Shown here: positions 28,205-37,622 of the stretch, in pieces
Layout: the number at the start of each line of letters is the position of its first letter
How positions within the stretch are numbered: the stretch's first letter is position 1
Assembly: GCA_035340095.1 (NCBI GenBank)
Contig: DAORGN010000004.1
Location: forward strand, 1-60,451
DNA from: Pseudomonadota bacterium
Lineage (GTDB): Bacteria; Myxococcota_A; Polyangia; Palsa-1104; JAEUJZ01
Direction of reading: 5' to 3'
DNA: 60,451 nt
Made by a program: the position numbers and the translations under genes
The notes under the pieces: generated by a model
Database searches by the model: none
Told to the model about the DNA's origin: nothing
What the model saw: only the letters and a program-made list of their open reading frames with translations

Positions 28205-30142
28205 CTAACCAGGTATGTAGTAGATCGGGGACGCCCAAGCGCGCTCCTGAATCGTCTTGGGAACCGACGCATCCAAGCACGGCGCGGGTCGCTGGGCTGC
28301 CGGCAGCGCGTTACACAGAAGTGTATTCCAGCGACAGCTTGGGTTTTCTAGCACACGGACGTAGTAGTACGCAGGCTGTTTGGGATCAAACTCTGGATCG
28401 CGGAAACTGCCACACAGCAGGTCTGCGCCCTCGCCCTTTTGAACGCAGGAAGTTGGGTCCACTGACGCGCCATTTGCACGGTTTCCAGCGACGTCAAATA
28501 CCTTGGTGATGGGGCCCTGTGCGGTCAGCGTTCCTTTGACAATCTGGATCACTTGCAGCGGCGTTCCTGGCCGCGTCCCATCGCCCGGATCGCGCAGCGC
28601 CTGGACGACAAAGCGCGGTGCCTGCGCAGCCTTGCCAGCAAACGTTCCGCCCATCGGAACACCATTTTGATAGCCTTTTTCGACGAGCCGCGGATCAGAA
28701 CAGAGTCCATCCGGCAGATCGAAACCACCAAAGAAACGAACCGTGATGCGGGGACCGCTGGTTCCAAAGGTCTCGCGCCTTCGCAGGGCATCAAACAGCG
28801 CCGGACGCGAGTTTTCTTCCGCCCACACCCCAACCAATCCGCCAGGTGAAAACTCCATGCCACCGATGGTGATACCACCACCGCCAAGCTGTTTTTCCGG
28901 CGTATCATCGTCCGTTCCGCGGTGGCCGACAAAACCCGATTCCTCTGCGTTGCCCGGACTGCCGTTGTGGGTATCCGTGCTGCCGATAAAGCCAAGCGGA
29001 AACGGATTTACGCCAATTCGCAGCTGTTCGGAAAGCCCATCGAGCAGTGCATACCGGACAAAATCCCGTCGAGAAATACATCCAGTGCGCGCCGTTCCGC
29101 CGCTTCCTGTCCCTTCGCCACAATCGGGGACATTTTTGCGCAGCGTCTTTTCAAAATCGCACTGTTCATCGGGCGCCCCAAGCACTCCGGACAGACTGTT
29201 TCGACACTCTGAATCGCCTTTGTGCTGATAAATTTCCACCACGGGTTCCATCCGCTGGCGGAGTGTAGCCAGACGCCGCTGCTCGTCGAGATTTGCGCCG
29301 TCTGGGTACTCTATCCGGAACATCTTTCCGTTGCTTTCATTGGGGTTGTGCGGAATCGCAAGCACATCACAGCCGGTGCGCGCATTGCGACACGCATCAT
29401 CGAGCGCTTGCCAGAGCCCCTGTGGCGTCGGTTCTTCATAGTGCGTAATCGGCAGCGGAACCCGATCATTGCGAAAGATGACATTGCGATGCAGCGTCGA
29501 CAAACCAGGGGCTCCGGAATACTCATACGCGATGAAGCTGGTGAATCCGCACGACTCACTTTTGTCATAGGCTGTCTGTGCCGCCTGCTGAAGTCGGTTC
29601 CAGGTGACAGACAGCAGCTCTGCACAGCCGCTCCCATCGGGAGGACAGATGTCTTCAAAGCGCTGATCTTCGATCGCAAGCTTGAAACCCAGGTTGGTAA
29701 TCGCCGAGTTTCCACCCATCCGATAGCGCTGACAAGTCAGTGATCCATAGCCTGCTGCCGACGGTGTGATGCAGGCTTGGACTTCTCCCAGAAATTCCGA
29801 ATGATCGGTCACTGCGGCAAAATCGAGCGGTCTGGAAAGATGAATTTTGCGGGTTCCGTTTCCCATTCCATCGTTTGGTGGCAGCGCAATCTCTTCACCG
29901 CGGGCGAAACGATACGCTTGTTCCGGAGTCACTCGCACATCGAATGCGTAGGCATCAAAAGACAGGCTGGTGTGAACGTGAAGATCGCCAAAATAGGCCT
30001 GCCGCAGCGGACTGTGTGCAGCACAAGGAGTGCGCGGTTCCTCATAGTGGATGGGAGGCAGCTCGGACGGTTCCTGACACGCAGCCATTCCGACGAAAAA
30101 CAGCGGACAGTGCCACACCGCACGCGATAGCAGTTGCATCAT
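28205..30142 (-). CDS. DUF3604 domain protein (PHP-like metallo-hydrolase fold), probable lipoprotein
   Basis: YFGDLHVHTSLSFDAY, DFAAVTDHSE, HRNVIFR, IPHNPN, EIYQHKGDSE, GSTDTHN, RRETFGTSG, ERAWASPIYY; ATGA overlap sets the start at 30142. Confidence 0.88.
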   Translation of the reverse strand: MMQLLSRAVWHCPLFFVGMAACQEPSELPPIHYEEPRTPCAAHSPLRQAYFGDLHVHTSLSFDAYAFDVRVTPEQAYRFARGEEIALPPNDGMGNGTRKIHLSRPLDFAAVTDHSEFLGEVQACITPSAAGYGSLTCQRYRMGGNSAITNLGFKLAIEDQRFEDICPPDGSGCAELLSVTWNRLQQAAQTAYDKSESCGFTSFIAYEYSGAPGLSTLHRNVIFRNDRVPLPITHYEEPTPQGLWQALDDACRNARTGCDVLAIPHNPNESNGKMFRIEYPDGANLDEQRRLATLRQRMEPVVEIYQHKGDSECRNSLSGVLGAPDEQCDFEKTLRKNVPDCGEGTGSGGTARTGCISRRDFVRYALLDGLSEQLRIGVNPFPLGFIGSTDTHNGSPGNAEESGFVGHRGTDDDTPEKQLGGGGITIGGMEFSPGGLVGVWAEENSRPALFDALRRRETFGTSGPRITVRFFGGFDLPDGLCSDPRLVEKGYQNGVPMGGTFAGKAAQAPRFVVQALRDPGDGTRPGTPLQVIQIVKGTLTAQGPITKVFDVAGNRANGASVDPTSCVQKGEGADLLCGSFRDPEFDPKQPAYYYVRVLENPSCRWNTLLCNALPAAQRPAPCLDASVPKTIQERAWASPIYYIPG

Positions 30143-31146
30143 GATGGAAGACCTTTTCCAAAGAGAATCAGCGAGCGTTCGATGGTCCATGCCATCGCCA
30201 GCGGACCCATCACATACCCAACCCAGGGGAGTCGCTGTTGGCGTTGCAAAAAACGCGCGGGCAGCCACAGTGCGAGCACAAACACAAGCTGTCCGGCTTC
30301 CACGCCACAGTTAAAAGATAAAAGGGAAAGCAAGAGCTGACCGGAAGGAAGCTCCGTCTCGCGCAGTGCAGAAGCGAAACCCAGACCGTGCAAAAGCCCG
30401 AACAAAACCGCGAGCAGAAGCGGGCGCAGCATCGGTTGGGATCGATTCACACAGACCAGTTCCTTCGCGACAAACGCCACACTCAGTGCGATCAGGGCTT
30501 CGACAAGGGCTGGGGGCGGCGTGACTACGCCCAGTGCAGCCAGTGCCAGTGTTGCACTGTGTCCAACAGTAAACGCCGTCACCGTAAGAAGCAGCGCGGA
30601 CCCCGAAGGCACAAGCAGCAGCAGACCAAGCAGAAGCAGCAAGTGATCGATCCCGGACAGAATGTGATGTACGCCAAGTCCAAAAAAACGCCGGAGGGTC
30701 AAAGCCAGCGTCGGTGTATTGGTCGTATGCAGAGGCGGAATCAGGTGCGGCTCGCGATGCAAGAGAGCGCTGTGGACCTCTCTGTTTCGGAAGTGAATCG
30801 TCAGCAGCGTCTCTCCCAGATCGCTTCCCTTCATCACGATCGGATGTCCACGAAGACCCATCGCGCCACAAGACAAGATCCGTCCGGACAGCTCGGATTC
30901 TTCCGGAATGGCAGTTCCGTCCCGCGACAAAAGTGAGCAGTGCAGCGGAAACGAAGGAGTCATGGTCTCGCCATTTGCGGGCGCTTGATACAGCACCCAG
31001 AACGTCCCGTCGGTTTCTTCGGACAGCGTAACCACCGTCGGTGCAAATGAGTGCGCCAGCGCCGCCGATGGACTGATGGCACATGCAATCCACAAAAAGA
31101 CGAGCCAGATTCCCATCGACCCGCTGGGCGTGCTGTCTTTTTTCAT
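30139..31146 (-). CDS. HupE/UreJ-family membrane protein
   Basis: ALAH signal end, GVHHILSGIDHLL, TAFTVGHSATL, VEALIALSV, FGLLHGLGFA, FNCGVEAGQL. Confidence 0.92.
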   Translation of the reverse strand: MKKDSTPSGSMGIWLVFLWIACAISPSAALAHSFAPTVVTLSEETDGTFWVLYQAPANGETMTPSFPLHCSLLSRDGTAIPEESELSGRILSCGAMGLRGHPIVMKGSDLGETLLTIHFRNREVHSALLHREPHLIPPLHTTNTPTLALTLRRFFGLGVHHILSGIDHLLLLLGLLLLVPSGSALLLTVTAFTVGHSATLALAALGVVTPPPALVEALIALSVAFVAKELVCVNRSQPMLRPLLLAVLFGLLHGLGFASALRETELPSGQLLLSLLSFNCGVEAGQLVFVLALWLPARFLQRQQRLPWVGYVMGPLAMAWTIERSLILFGKGLPS

Positions 31147-31973
31147 GTTCCGCCTTTTTGCACCACTTCATAGCGTGGCAGAAGCGCACCGATGGCCCGC
31201 TGGCGTCGAGCGGCGCGATTCTGTTCTGCGTAGTCAAGGCGGAGCCGATCACGCAGCGCCGAAAGGGAAGGCATTGCCCCTGCTTGTCTGCCGGTGACCT
31301 GAATGAAATGCAGACCAAAGGGAGAGCGCAGCGGAGTCGACCAGTTTCCGTCGGGAAGCGCAAACGCCGCGGCTGCCCATGAAGCGGAAAAAAGCTGGGC
31401 AAGCTCGGACTCACTGTGCAGTGGCAAGTTTGCGCCGAGCGGATGAGGGTCGCCAAGCAGCGCCGTATCCGTCCCTGTTTGCAGCCTATCATGCAGCGCC
31501 GCGGCGACGATCTCTGCGCGATCCTTGTGTTTGTCAAAGCCAACAAACACCTGTCGCAGCGCAATGCGGGACGGCAAAAGATAGCGCGCAGGCGTCGCGT
31601 CACGCAGCGCCACAAGTTCCTCATCGGTAGGAATCGAAGGCGGAATCAGCGCATCGGCCAGATATTCCATTTTCTGAATCAAGCGCCGCCGAATGATGAT
31701 GTCACCGTCGCCAAGCCGCCGGCGCTGCGCTTCACGGTACAGCACTTCACTTTCCACATATTCGGACGTCGCCGCCGCAAGCTCCGCAGCCGTAGGGGGT
31801 CTTCCCAACCGCCGCAAAAGATCCCCTCGCCGCGCCGAGACAAGCTCTTTCGGAATCACGATCTGCTCACGCGGGACCGGACGCACAAACCAGTATGCGC
31901 AGCAGAGCAGACCGCCCAGCAGCGCAAAATGCAGCAGAGGTTCTCGCAACAGTGTTTGCAGAAACCGACGCAT
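31143..31973 (-). CDS. PpiC/parvulin-type peptidyl-prolyl isomerase-like protein
   Basis: LLREPLLHF, EVLYREA, DIIIRRRLIQKMEY, WSTPLRSPFGLHFIQV. Confidence 0.85.
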   Translation of the reverse strand: MRRFLQTLLREPLLHFALLGGLLCCAYWFVRPVPREQIVIPKELVSARRGDLLRRLGRPPTAAELAAATSEYVESEVLYREAQRRRLGDGDIIIRRRLIQKMEYLADALIPPSIPTDEELVALRDATPARYLLPSRIALRQVFVGFDKHKDRAEIVAAALHDRLQTGTDTALLGDPHPLGANLPLHSESELAQLFSASWAAAAFALPDGNWSTPLRSPFGLHFIQVTGRQAGAMPSLSALRDRLRLDYAEQNRAARRQRAIGALLPRYEVVQKGGT

Positions 31974-32090
31974 CGGCGCATCGTTTTCCAAACTGCGCGG
32001 CGAGGCAAGCGCAAAAGAGGCACCGAAAAGCAGGGCCGCCAAGTGGCTGTTTGGTTGTGCAGTCCGCACCGTTTGTGTTACGTGCAGACG

Positions 32091-32873
32091 ATGCGTCGGT
32101 ATTGGCCTCTGCTGTGCTTGCTGTCTTTTTTTCCGGGGCCACTTTCTGCGCATCCACAGTTTGCGCTTTCGACGGTAAATCGCTATGCCAGACTGGTCAT
32201 GATGCCGGGGCGTGTGCGACTGGATTACTCGCTTATGGTGGGTGAAGTTCCAGCCGAACGAATCAAAAGACAGGCTGATCTGGATCGCAACGGAGAGCTT
32301 TCAGACAGCGAACAGAAACAGCTCGTTGACTCGCTCGTGGCGACGGTCCAGCGTGATGTGTCGGTGCAGATGGATGGACAGAAAATCAGCGCACCGTTTG
32401 TAAGTCAGCCGCTCACGCTCAAGAGTCCCAAGGTCGAGTCGACTCCGTTTGCGCTGGAGCTTCAGACGGATCTGCCGATTCCTAACCAACCATCCCCTCA
32501 CACACTGGTTGTGGATGACAGAGCCGACATTCCCCCGGTCGGCGAGATCGAGCTGCGCATCGAAGAAGGGCCCGGAGTCGAGCTGCTGTCGGCTGAAAGT
32601 GGCAGCACGAAGCCACAGTCAAACCAAAGTTCATCGCCGAATCCGATCCAGAACGCACCGACTTTGCTGACGGAAACGAAAGTCCCCACACTGTTTCGGC
32701 AGTTTGGACCACCGCGCTCGCTTTTGTCCGATCGCTCGGTCACGATGCGCTTTCAGCTGCGCAAACAGAGTCCGCAAGCCTCGCCCCGACGGTTCACGTA
32801 TGGACTGGGTGTTTTTTCGCTGCTGATTCTGTGTGGACTTGGACTGTTCGCCCGCCGTTTTCTGCGCAGCTAA
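32091..32873 (+). CDS. exported protein with mature N-terminal His, EF-hand-like loop and C-terminal TM anchor
   Basis: ...PLSA-HPQF, DLDRNGELSDSE and a C-terminal hydrophobic helix. Real start ATG 32091 lies within track ORF 31416..32873. Confidence 0.7.
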   Translation: MRRYWPLLCLLSFFPGPLSAHPQFALSTVNRYARLVMMPGRVRLDYSLMVGEVPAERIKRQADLDRNGELSDSEQKQLVDSLVATVQRDVSVQMDGQKISAPFVSQPLTLKSPKVESTPFALELQTDLPIPNQPSPHTLVVDDRADIPPVGEIELRIEEGPGVELLSAESGSTKPQSNQSSSPNPIQNAPTLLTETKVPTLFRQFGPPRSLLSDRSVTMRFQLRKQSPQASPRRFTYGLGVFSLLILCGLGLFARRFLRS

Positions 32874-32874
32874 C

Positions 32875-34011
32875 CTAAGCCGACTGTGAAAACGAAAGCG
32901 GCACTTCGCTGCGCGTCGGTTGGTTTTTCCCGTCGGGCAGCAGCGGCCTTGGGACTTCGGGAATGTCTATTTCCGGATAGTAGCGCCACGCCGCCGGATT
33001 CAGCATCAAGTTGTCCCGCTGCGCGATCTGTGGATCAAGCCGATGCTTGCCTTGCAAGTGCTGCACAATCTTGTGATTGACCCACAGGAGTCGCAGCATG
33101 CTCTCTGTCATGGTCGGAACACTGCCGATAAGCGTTGCCAGACAGCGCAGCAGCCCCGGTTTTTTCGCGCTGGTCTGCGTCGGATAGTCATAGCGCTGCA
33201 TGGTTTCACGATTCTGCCATTCCACGATCTCTGTCCACGCCGCAGAAAGCTCGGCGCGGAACGCCCCTTCCCGCTGGTTGGGAGCACGCTTGGTCGCGCC
33301 GACAAACCACGGACTCGGCGGCAGATCGTCTGTCTGGGCGTTTTGCACATGATCGAGCACCGATTCATCCCACGGCTCGCCAACGAAGTTCAAAATCGAC
33401 TGCATCGTCGTGCGGGGATCGCGGCTCAGATCCTCCAAACGGACTTCAAGAATCGAATCCAGAAACGGCTTGATGTGGGAATACTGAATCCGGCAAAGCA
33501 GCCCATTGATAAACGGACTTCCCGTCCCAAACGGCATCTGTCCAAACGACTGCACCGTCGGCACAGGATGCCGAACGATAAAGATCACCCGCGCATCAGG
33601 AAAGTCGGAAAAAATCCGCGCCAAGTTCTGGGTGTCCAGCGGATTTTTGTCGCCAAAGCGACGCTTGCCGCGCTGCGTGGCCTTCGCTTTGAGAATTTCG
33701 GCATAGGCCACCCGCGCATCATCCAGCACAAGCTGCGCAGGCAGAGACGCGAACACATCACGCGGATCAAGTCGCATCCACGCAAATGAAAACGTGTCGA
33801 AGTAACGCAGCAAAAACGTCCGCAGCGGAATCTGTTTGGGCGCCAGCCGCAGCAAGCTATAAAATCCCGATTCATGCGCGATGTAGATGTTGGGATGCGC
33901 GTTTAACATCTGCCGAAGCAGCGTCGTCCCAGATCGGCCCGTCCCAATCACAAAGATCGGCGAAGCAGAGGGGCTGTCAATCGGGCGAAATTCGGTCTGT
34001 AAGGAACGCAT
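32875..34011 (-). CDS. sulfotransferase-family protein
   Basis: FVIGTGRSGTTLL (5'-PSB), FGDKNP, IFIVRHP (3'-PB), VRLEDL. Confidence 0.88.
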   Translation of the reverse strand: MRSLQTEFRPIDSPSASPIFVIGTGRSGTTLLRQMLNAHPNIYIAHESGFYSLLRLAPKQIPLRTFLLRYFDTFSFAWMRLDPRDVFASLPAQLVLDDARVAYAEILKAKATQRGKRRFGDKNPLDTQNLARIFSDFPDARVIFIVRHPVPTVQSFGQMPFGTGSPFINGLLCRIQYSHIKPFLDSILEVRLEDLSRDPRTTMQSILNFVGEPWDESVLDHVQNAQTDDLPPSPWFVGATKRAPNQREGAFRAELSAAWTEIVEWQNRETMQRYDYPTQTSAKKPGLLRCLATLIGSVPTMTESMLRLLWVNHKIVQHLQGKHRLDPQIAQRDNLMLNPAAWRYYPEIDIPEVPRPLLPDGKNQPTRSEVPLSFSQSA

Positions 34012-34095
34012 GGCGGCGCACTATGCCCCGCTCATTTGTCGGCTGCAATGGGGGCAAAAACCCCACCCCATTTTCCTCGCTGACTTGTGCCACAC

Positions 34096-35658
34096 TCACG
34101 CGATTCGCAGCGTGAATGTGGTGCCTTGCGGACTGGTTGAAAACGTGACTTCGCCACCGTGCCGTTCCGCAACCGCGCGCACAATCGCAAGACCCAGCCC
34201 GGTGCCGCCGCTGTCGCGCTGCGTGGTAAAAAAGCGCTGAAACAGCCGCGGCTGGTTGGCCGGACTGATTCCGGTTCCGTGATCTTCGACTTCGATGCAG
34301 AGCCGACCCGCATCAGACGATACCCGCACGGTGACGGGCCTTCCTTCGCCATGGCGCAGCGCATTTTCGATCAGGTTTACCACCGCTGAGCGCAGGTGAT
34401 CTCCGCTTATCAAGACTTTGTCCGGCGGACTCTGGAGCACAAAACAGACCCCCGGATAGCGATTCCTAAGCGCTGCAAAAAAATCTGCGACCACGATCGT
34501 TTCCGTCGGCTCTGGTGCATTTTCAATCTGCGCAAGCTGCAAAAGTCGCATCACCAGTCGCTGCATCCGCTCTGCATCGGCATCAATGTTGTCGGCGAAC
34601 TGGCGCCGCTGCGCTTCGGTCATTCCCTCCCATTCATCCCGCAGCAGCTCGGCAGCACCGCGAATCGCCGTGATGGGAGTCTTCAGCTCATGGCTCACAT
34701 TGGCGGCAAGCTGTGAAACATAATCGGCGCGCTCACGCAGCTTGCGCGTCATGGTATCAAGCGCGGCGCTCAGACGCTGGATCTCACTTGGCGTAAACAG
34801 GCTCATCGGCAAAGGGGGCGCGGTTCCACCCTGGGCAATGGTCTGCGCGGACGTGGTGATTTTGCGCAGCGGACGGACGATCAATGCGGCAAACAGAAAG
34901 CTGACAAACACGGCGGCAAACACAGTCGCAGACACAGCAAACAGAAGTCCGCGTCGGTTGTGCCAAAGCGATGTGCGGGCATCCAGACTGGTTCGGGAAG
35001 CACGCACCACAGCGATGACTTTTCCATCAGAAAAGAGCGGCAGCGCGACAAACAGACGCACCGATCCGCGGCTTCTGACATCCGAAAACGGCGGCAGCGG
35101 TTCATCACTTATCCGTTCCCGAATCACCGAAGCGTAGCGCCCCACAAGTGCGCTCTCGACTTCCGGAAGATTGTCCAGACAGAGCCCCGATTCCCCACGG
35201 GTCGTCGCCACCACGCAGCCTTGGGAATCGAGCACACGCACTGCGCTCAGGTTATAGACTTGCATCCGCGCCAGCAGCGGTTCAAGCTTTTTGCCGGCAC
35301 GCAGCACGGGGGAATCCTGTGGTGGCGCAACCCGCAGCGGCTCTGGCTGCGGCGGAAGTACACCACGGCGCAGATTGCTGGTCGGTTCGATCGGAATAAA
35401 CGGCTCCGATTCCTTCCCCGGATGGCGAAACGGAGGCGCCCCAAGTGCAGGATCGATTCCCTGCTCCCGCAGCCACAGTTCGCGCCACATCTCACCAACG
35501 GCAATCGCCTGCGCAATCAGCTGCCTTTCGGTCTGCCGAACCAAGTAATTTTCGTAAAATCGCAGCGCGACAATCGACAAAAGAGGAACAAGCAGCACAA
35601 ACGCATTGGCGCCAAGCAGCAGCGCCGAAATCCGGAGTCCGTGTCCTTTGAGCTTCAC
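34096..35658 (-). CDS. sensor histidine kinase (CreC-like)
   Basis: Two TM helices, HAMP, VSHELKTPIT, NLIENALRH, DHGTGI, GGTGLGLAIV; GTGA overlap with the regulator. Confidence 0.92.
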   Translation of the reverse strand: MKLKGHGLRISALLLGANAFVLLVPLLSIVALRFYENYLVRQTERQLIAQAIAVGEMWRELWLREQGIDPALGAPPFRHPGKESEPFIPIEPTSNLRRGVLPPQPEPLRVAPPQDSPVLRAGKKLEPLLARMQVYNLSAVRVLDSQGCVVATTRGESGLCLDNLPEVESALVGRYASVIRERISDEPLPPFSDVRSRGSVRLFVALPLFSDGKVIAVVRASRTSLDARTSLWHNRRGLLFAVSATVFAAVFVSFLFAALIVRPLRKITTSAQTIAQGGTAPPLPMSLFTPSEIQRLSAALDTMTRKLRERADYVSQLAANVSHELKTPITAIRGAAELLRDEWEGMTEAQRRQFADNIDADAERMQRLVMRLLQLAQIENAPEPTETIVVADFFAALRNRYPGVCFVLQSPPDKVLISGDHLRSAVVNLIENALRHGEGRPVTVRVSSDAGRLCIEVEDHGTGISPANQPRLFQRFFTTQRDSGGTGLGLAIVRAVAERHGGEVTFSTSPQGTTFTLRIA

Positions 35659-36341
35659 AGCGATTCCTTCAAGCGATAGCCAAGTCCGTACACCGTTTCG
35701 ATCGGGTCTGCGCCCTGTGCAGAGAGCTTTTGGCGGATTCTGCGAACGTGACTGTCGACGGTGCGTTCGGTGATCACATGCCCGTGTCCATACGCTCTGT
35801 CAACCAGTTCACCGCGCGAAAACACCCGACCCGGCGACCCCAACATGGACTGCAGCAGCGCAAACTCCGTTACGGTCAGGATGACTTCCTTTTGCATCCA
35901 CAGACAGCGATGCCGTCCCAAGTCCATTTCCAGCGCGCCCAGCTTTTGCACGTCCCGTTTTTCCGGCGCTCCCGATTCTGGAAACAGCCGCCGCAACACC
36001 GCTTTGACCCGCGCCAGAAGCTCACGCGGGCTGAACGGCTTGACCAGATAGTCGTCGGCGCCAAGCTCCAGTCCCAGCACCCGATCGAGCTCTTCATCGC
36101 GGCTGCTGACAAAAATGATCGGGGTCCGACTCTTGGCACGGATGCGACGACAGACTTCCAGACCATCGGATTCTGGCATCACGATGTCGAGCACCACCAG
36201 ATCGATTCCCCCCGCATCAAATCGCAGCAGCGCGTCCGCTCCGTCCTTCGCTTCGACAACTTGGAAACCGCCTTGCTGCAGCGCAAACCGCATCACATCG
36301 CGAATGTGTCCGTCGTCATCGACCACCAAGATTCGGTTCAT
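35655..36341 (-). CDS. OmpR-family response regulator (CreB-like)
   Basis: RILVVDDD, VLDIVMP, GADDYLVKPFSPRELLARV, winged helix (ERTVDSHVRRIRQKL, ETVYGLGY). Confidence 0.95.
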   Translation of the reverse strand: MNRILVVDDDGHIRDVMRFALQQGGFQVVEAKDGADALLRFDAGGIDLVVLDIVMPESDGLEVCRRIRAKSRTPIIFVSSRDEELDRVLGLELGADDYLVKPFSPRELLARVKAVLRRLFPESGAPEKRDVQKLGALEMDLGRHRCLWMQKEVILTVTEFALLQSMLGSPGRVFSRGELVDRAYGHGHVITERTVDSHVRRIRQKLSAQGADPIETVYGLGYRLKESL

Positions 36342-36350
36342 GGAACTACC

Positions 36351-37622
36351 TTACTCCGAGCGTAGCGTTCTGGGATCGGCTACTTTTTCTGCTTCTCTGC
36401 CAGCGCGATAGTAACTGCCCGCCAGATCCACCGTATAGGCAATTCGTACCGTCGCTGCGTTCGACAAAAGCTGCTGGTGCAGATAGATGCTCTTGCCGGG
36501 GGTCGGAATCTTTTGGGTGTACTCCACTTCATCCCCTTCTTCCATCGTGGCCAGACTCCCGCCTTCCCAGTGATAGTTAAACACCTGCGGCAGACTCAGC
36601 GTCACATACAGATCGTTTATGTTCCACGATGTCGCCGGAAAGGTGTAATCGAGCCGTCCAGACAGTGCATATCCACCCTGCTGCTCGACGACAAGCAGCT
36701 CGACTTTGGCGGATTCATCGCCTGCGCGGGCCGGCTGCACCGGAAGCGTCACGGTCTTCCCATTGGCTTTGAACGGAACCGATGCGCCGTTCACAAACAC
36801 TTTTTCTAGCCGCTGTTTTTCCGGAATCACAAAGTCGATGCTGCGCGCTCCTTCAAACTGAAGTGCGTACATCAGACGGATGATCCGGCGCCCTTCCAGC
36901 GTCGACACAACCGATGCGTGGGCGCGATTGATGATCGGCTCAATCGGGGGTCTTACTGCACTCTGTTTTGCCACCACCGCGGCTTTGCTGCTGCGATCCC
37001 ACAGCACCTCAAAGCGATTGTTGGTTGGGTACAGCGTATAGCCATCGCCCTCTTCGATTCGATCGGAATTTCCCAGCGTGAACAGGTTTTCGTCAAAGCG
37101 CAGCTTCAGCACCGCGAGCGCTGCGGAAGCGTACTGCACGTCGGCACTGCGCCTTGCACCTTTGACTTGTGCGGACAGAAGAAAGCCCACATCAAAGCTG
37201 TACGTTCCGGGCTTGTCGGTCATAAACACCAGCATCCCATCCACGACGGTGAGCACGCCATTTTGAATCTGCGGCAGCTTGGTCAAGCGCAGCGCCGCAT
37301 CTTTGCGGAACAGCGCAGCGGACACCCAGCCTGACGCTTCCAGAACCGACAGCTCGACGTGTGCAGAGACATCGATCGCATTTTCGAGCAGCCGTCCGGA
37401 CAGCTCGAACTTGCTGATCGTGGCGCGGATCGGTGGCTTGGCGCTGGGACTTTCTGCTTTGCTCTCGCTTGCCTTGTAAAGCCGCAGCACTTCCGCAAGT
37501 GGCAGCGTGGCAACCGGATTTCCCGACGGTGGTTGCTCAGCACGGACCGGCGATGACGATCCGATGGCAAGCATTCCGCACAGCGCCAAGCTCAGACCGA
37601 AAATGAAGTGGTTACGCAGCAT
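36351..37622 (-). CDS. hypothetical secreted beta-rich protein
   Basis: Signal peptide; overlaps the upstream gene by 11 bp and ends 9 bp before the regulator, so it belongs to the operon. Confidence 0.75.
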   Translation of the reverse strand: MLRNHFIFGLSLALCGMLAIGSSSPVRAEQPPSGNPVATLPLAEVLRLYKASESKAESPSAKPPIRATISKFELSGRLLENAIDVSAHVELSVLEASGWVSAALFRKDAALRLTKLPQIQNGVLTVVDGMLVFMTDKPGTYSFDVGFLLSAQVKGARRSADVQYASAALAVLKLRFDENLFTLGNSDRIEEGDGYTLYPTNNRFEVLWDRSSKAAVVAKQSAVRPPIEPIINRAHASVVSTLEGRRIIRLMYALQFEGARSIDFVIPEKQRLEKVFVNGASVPFKANGKTVTLPVQPARAGDESAKVELLVVEQQGGYALSGRLDYTFPATSWNINDLYVTLSLPQVFNYHWEGGSLATMEEGDEVEYTQKIPTPGKSIYLHQQLLSNAATVRIAYTVDLAGSYYRAGREAEKVADPRTLRSE

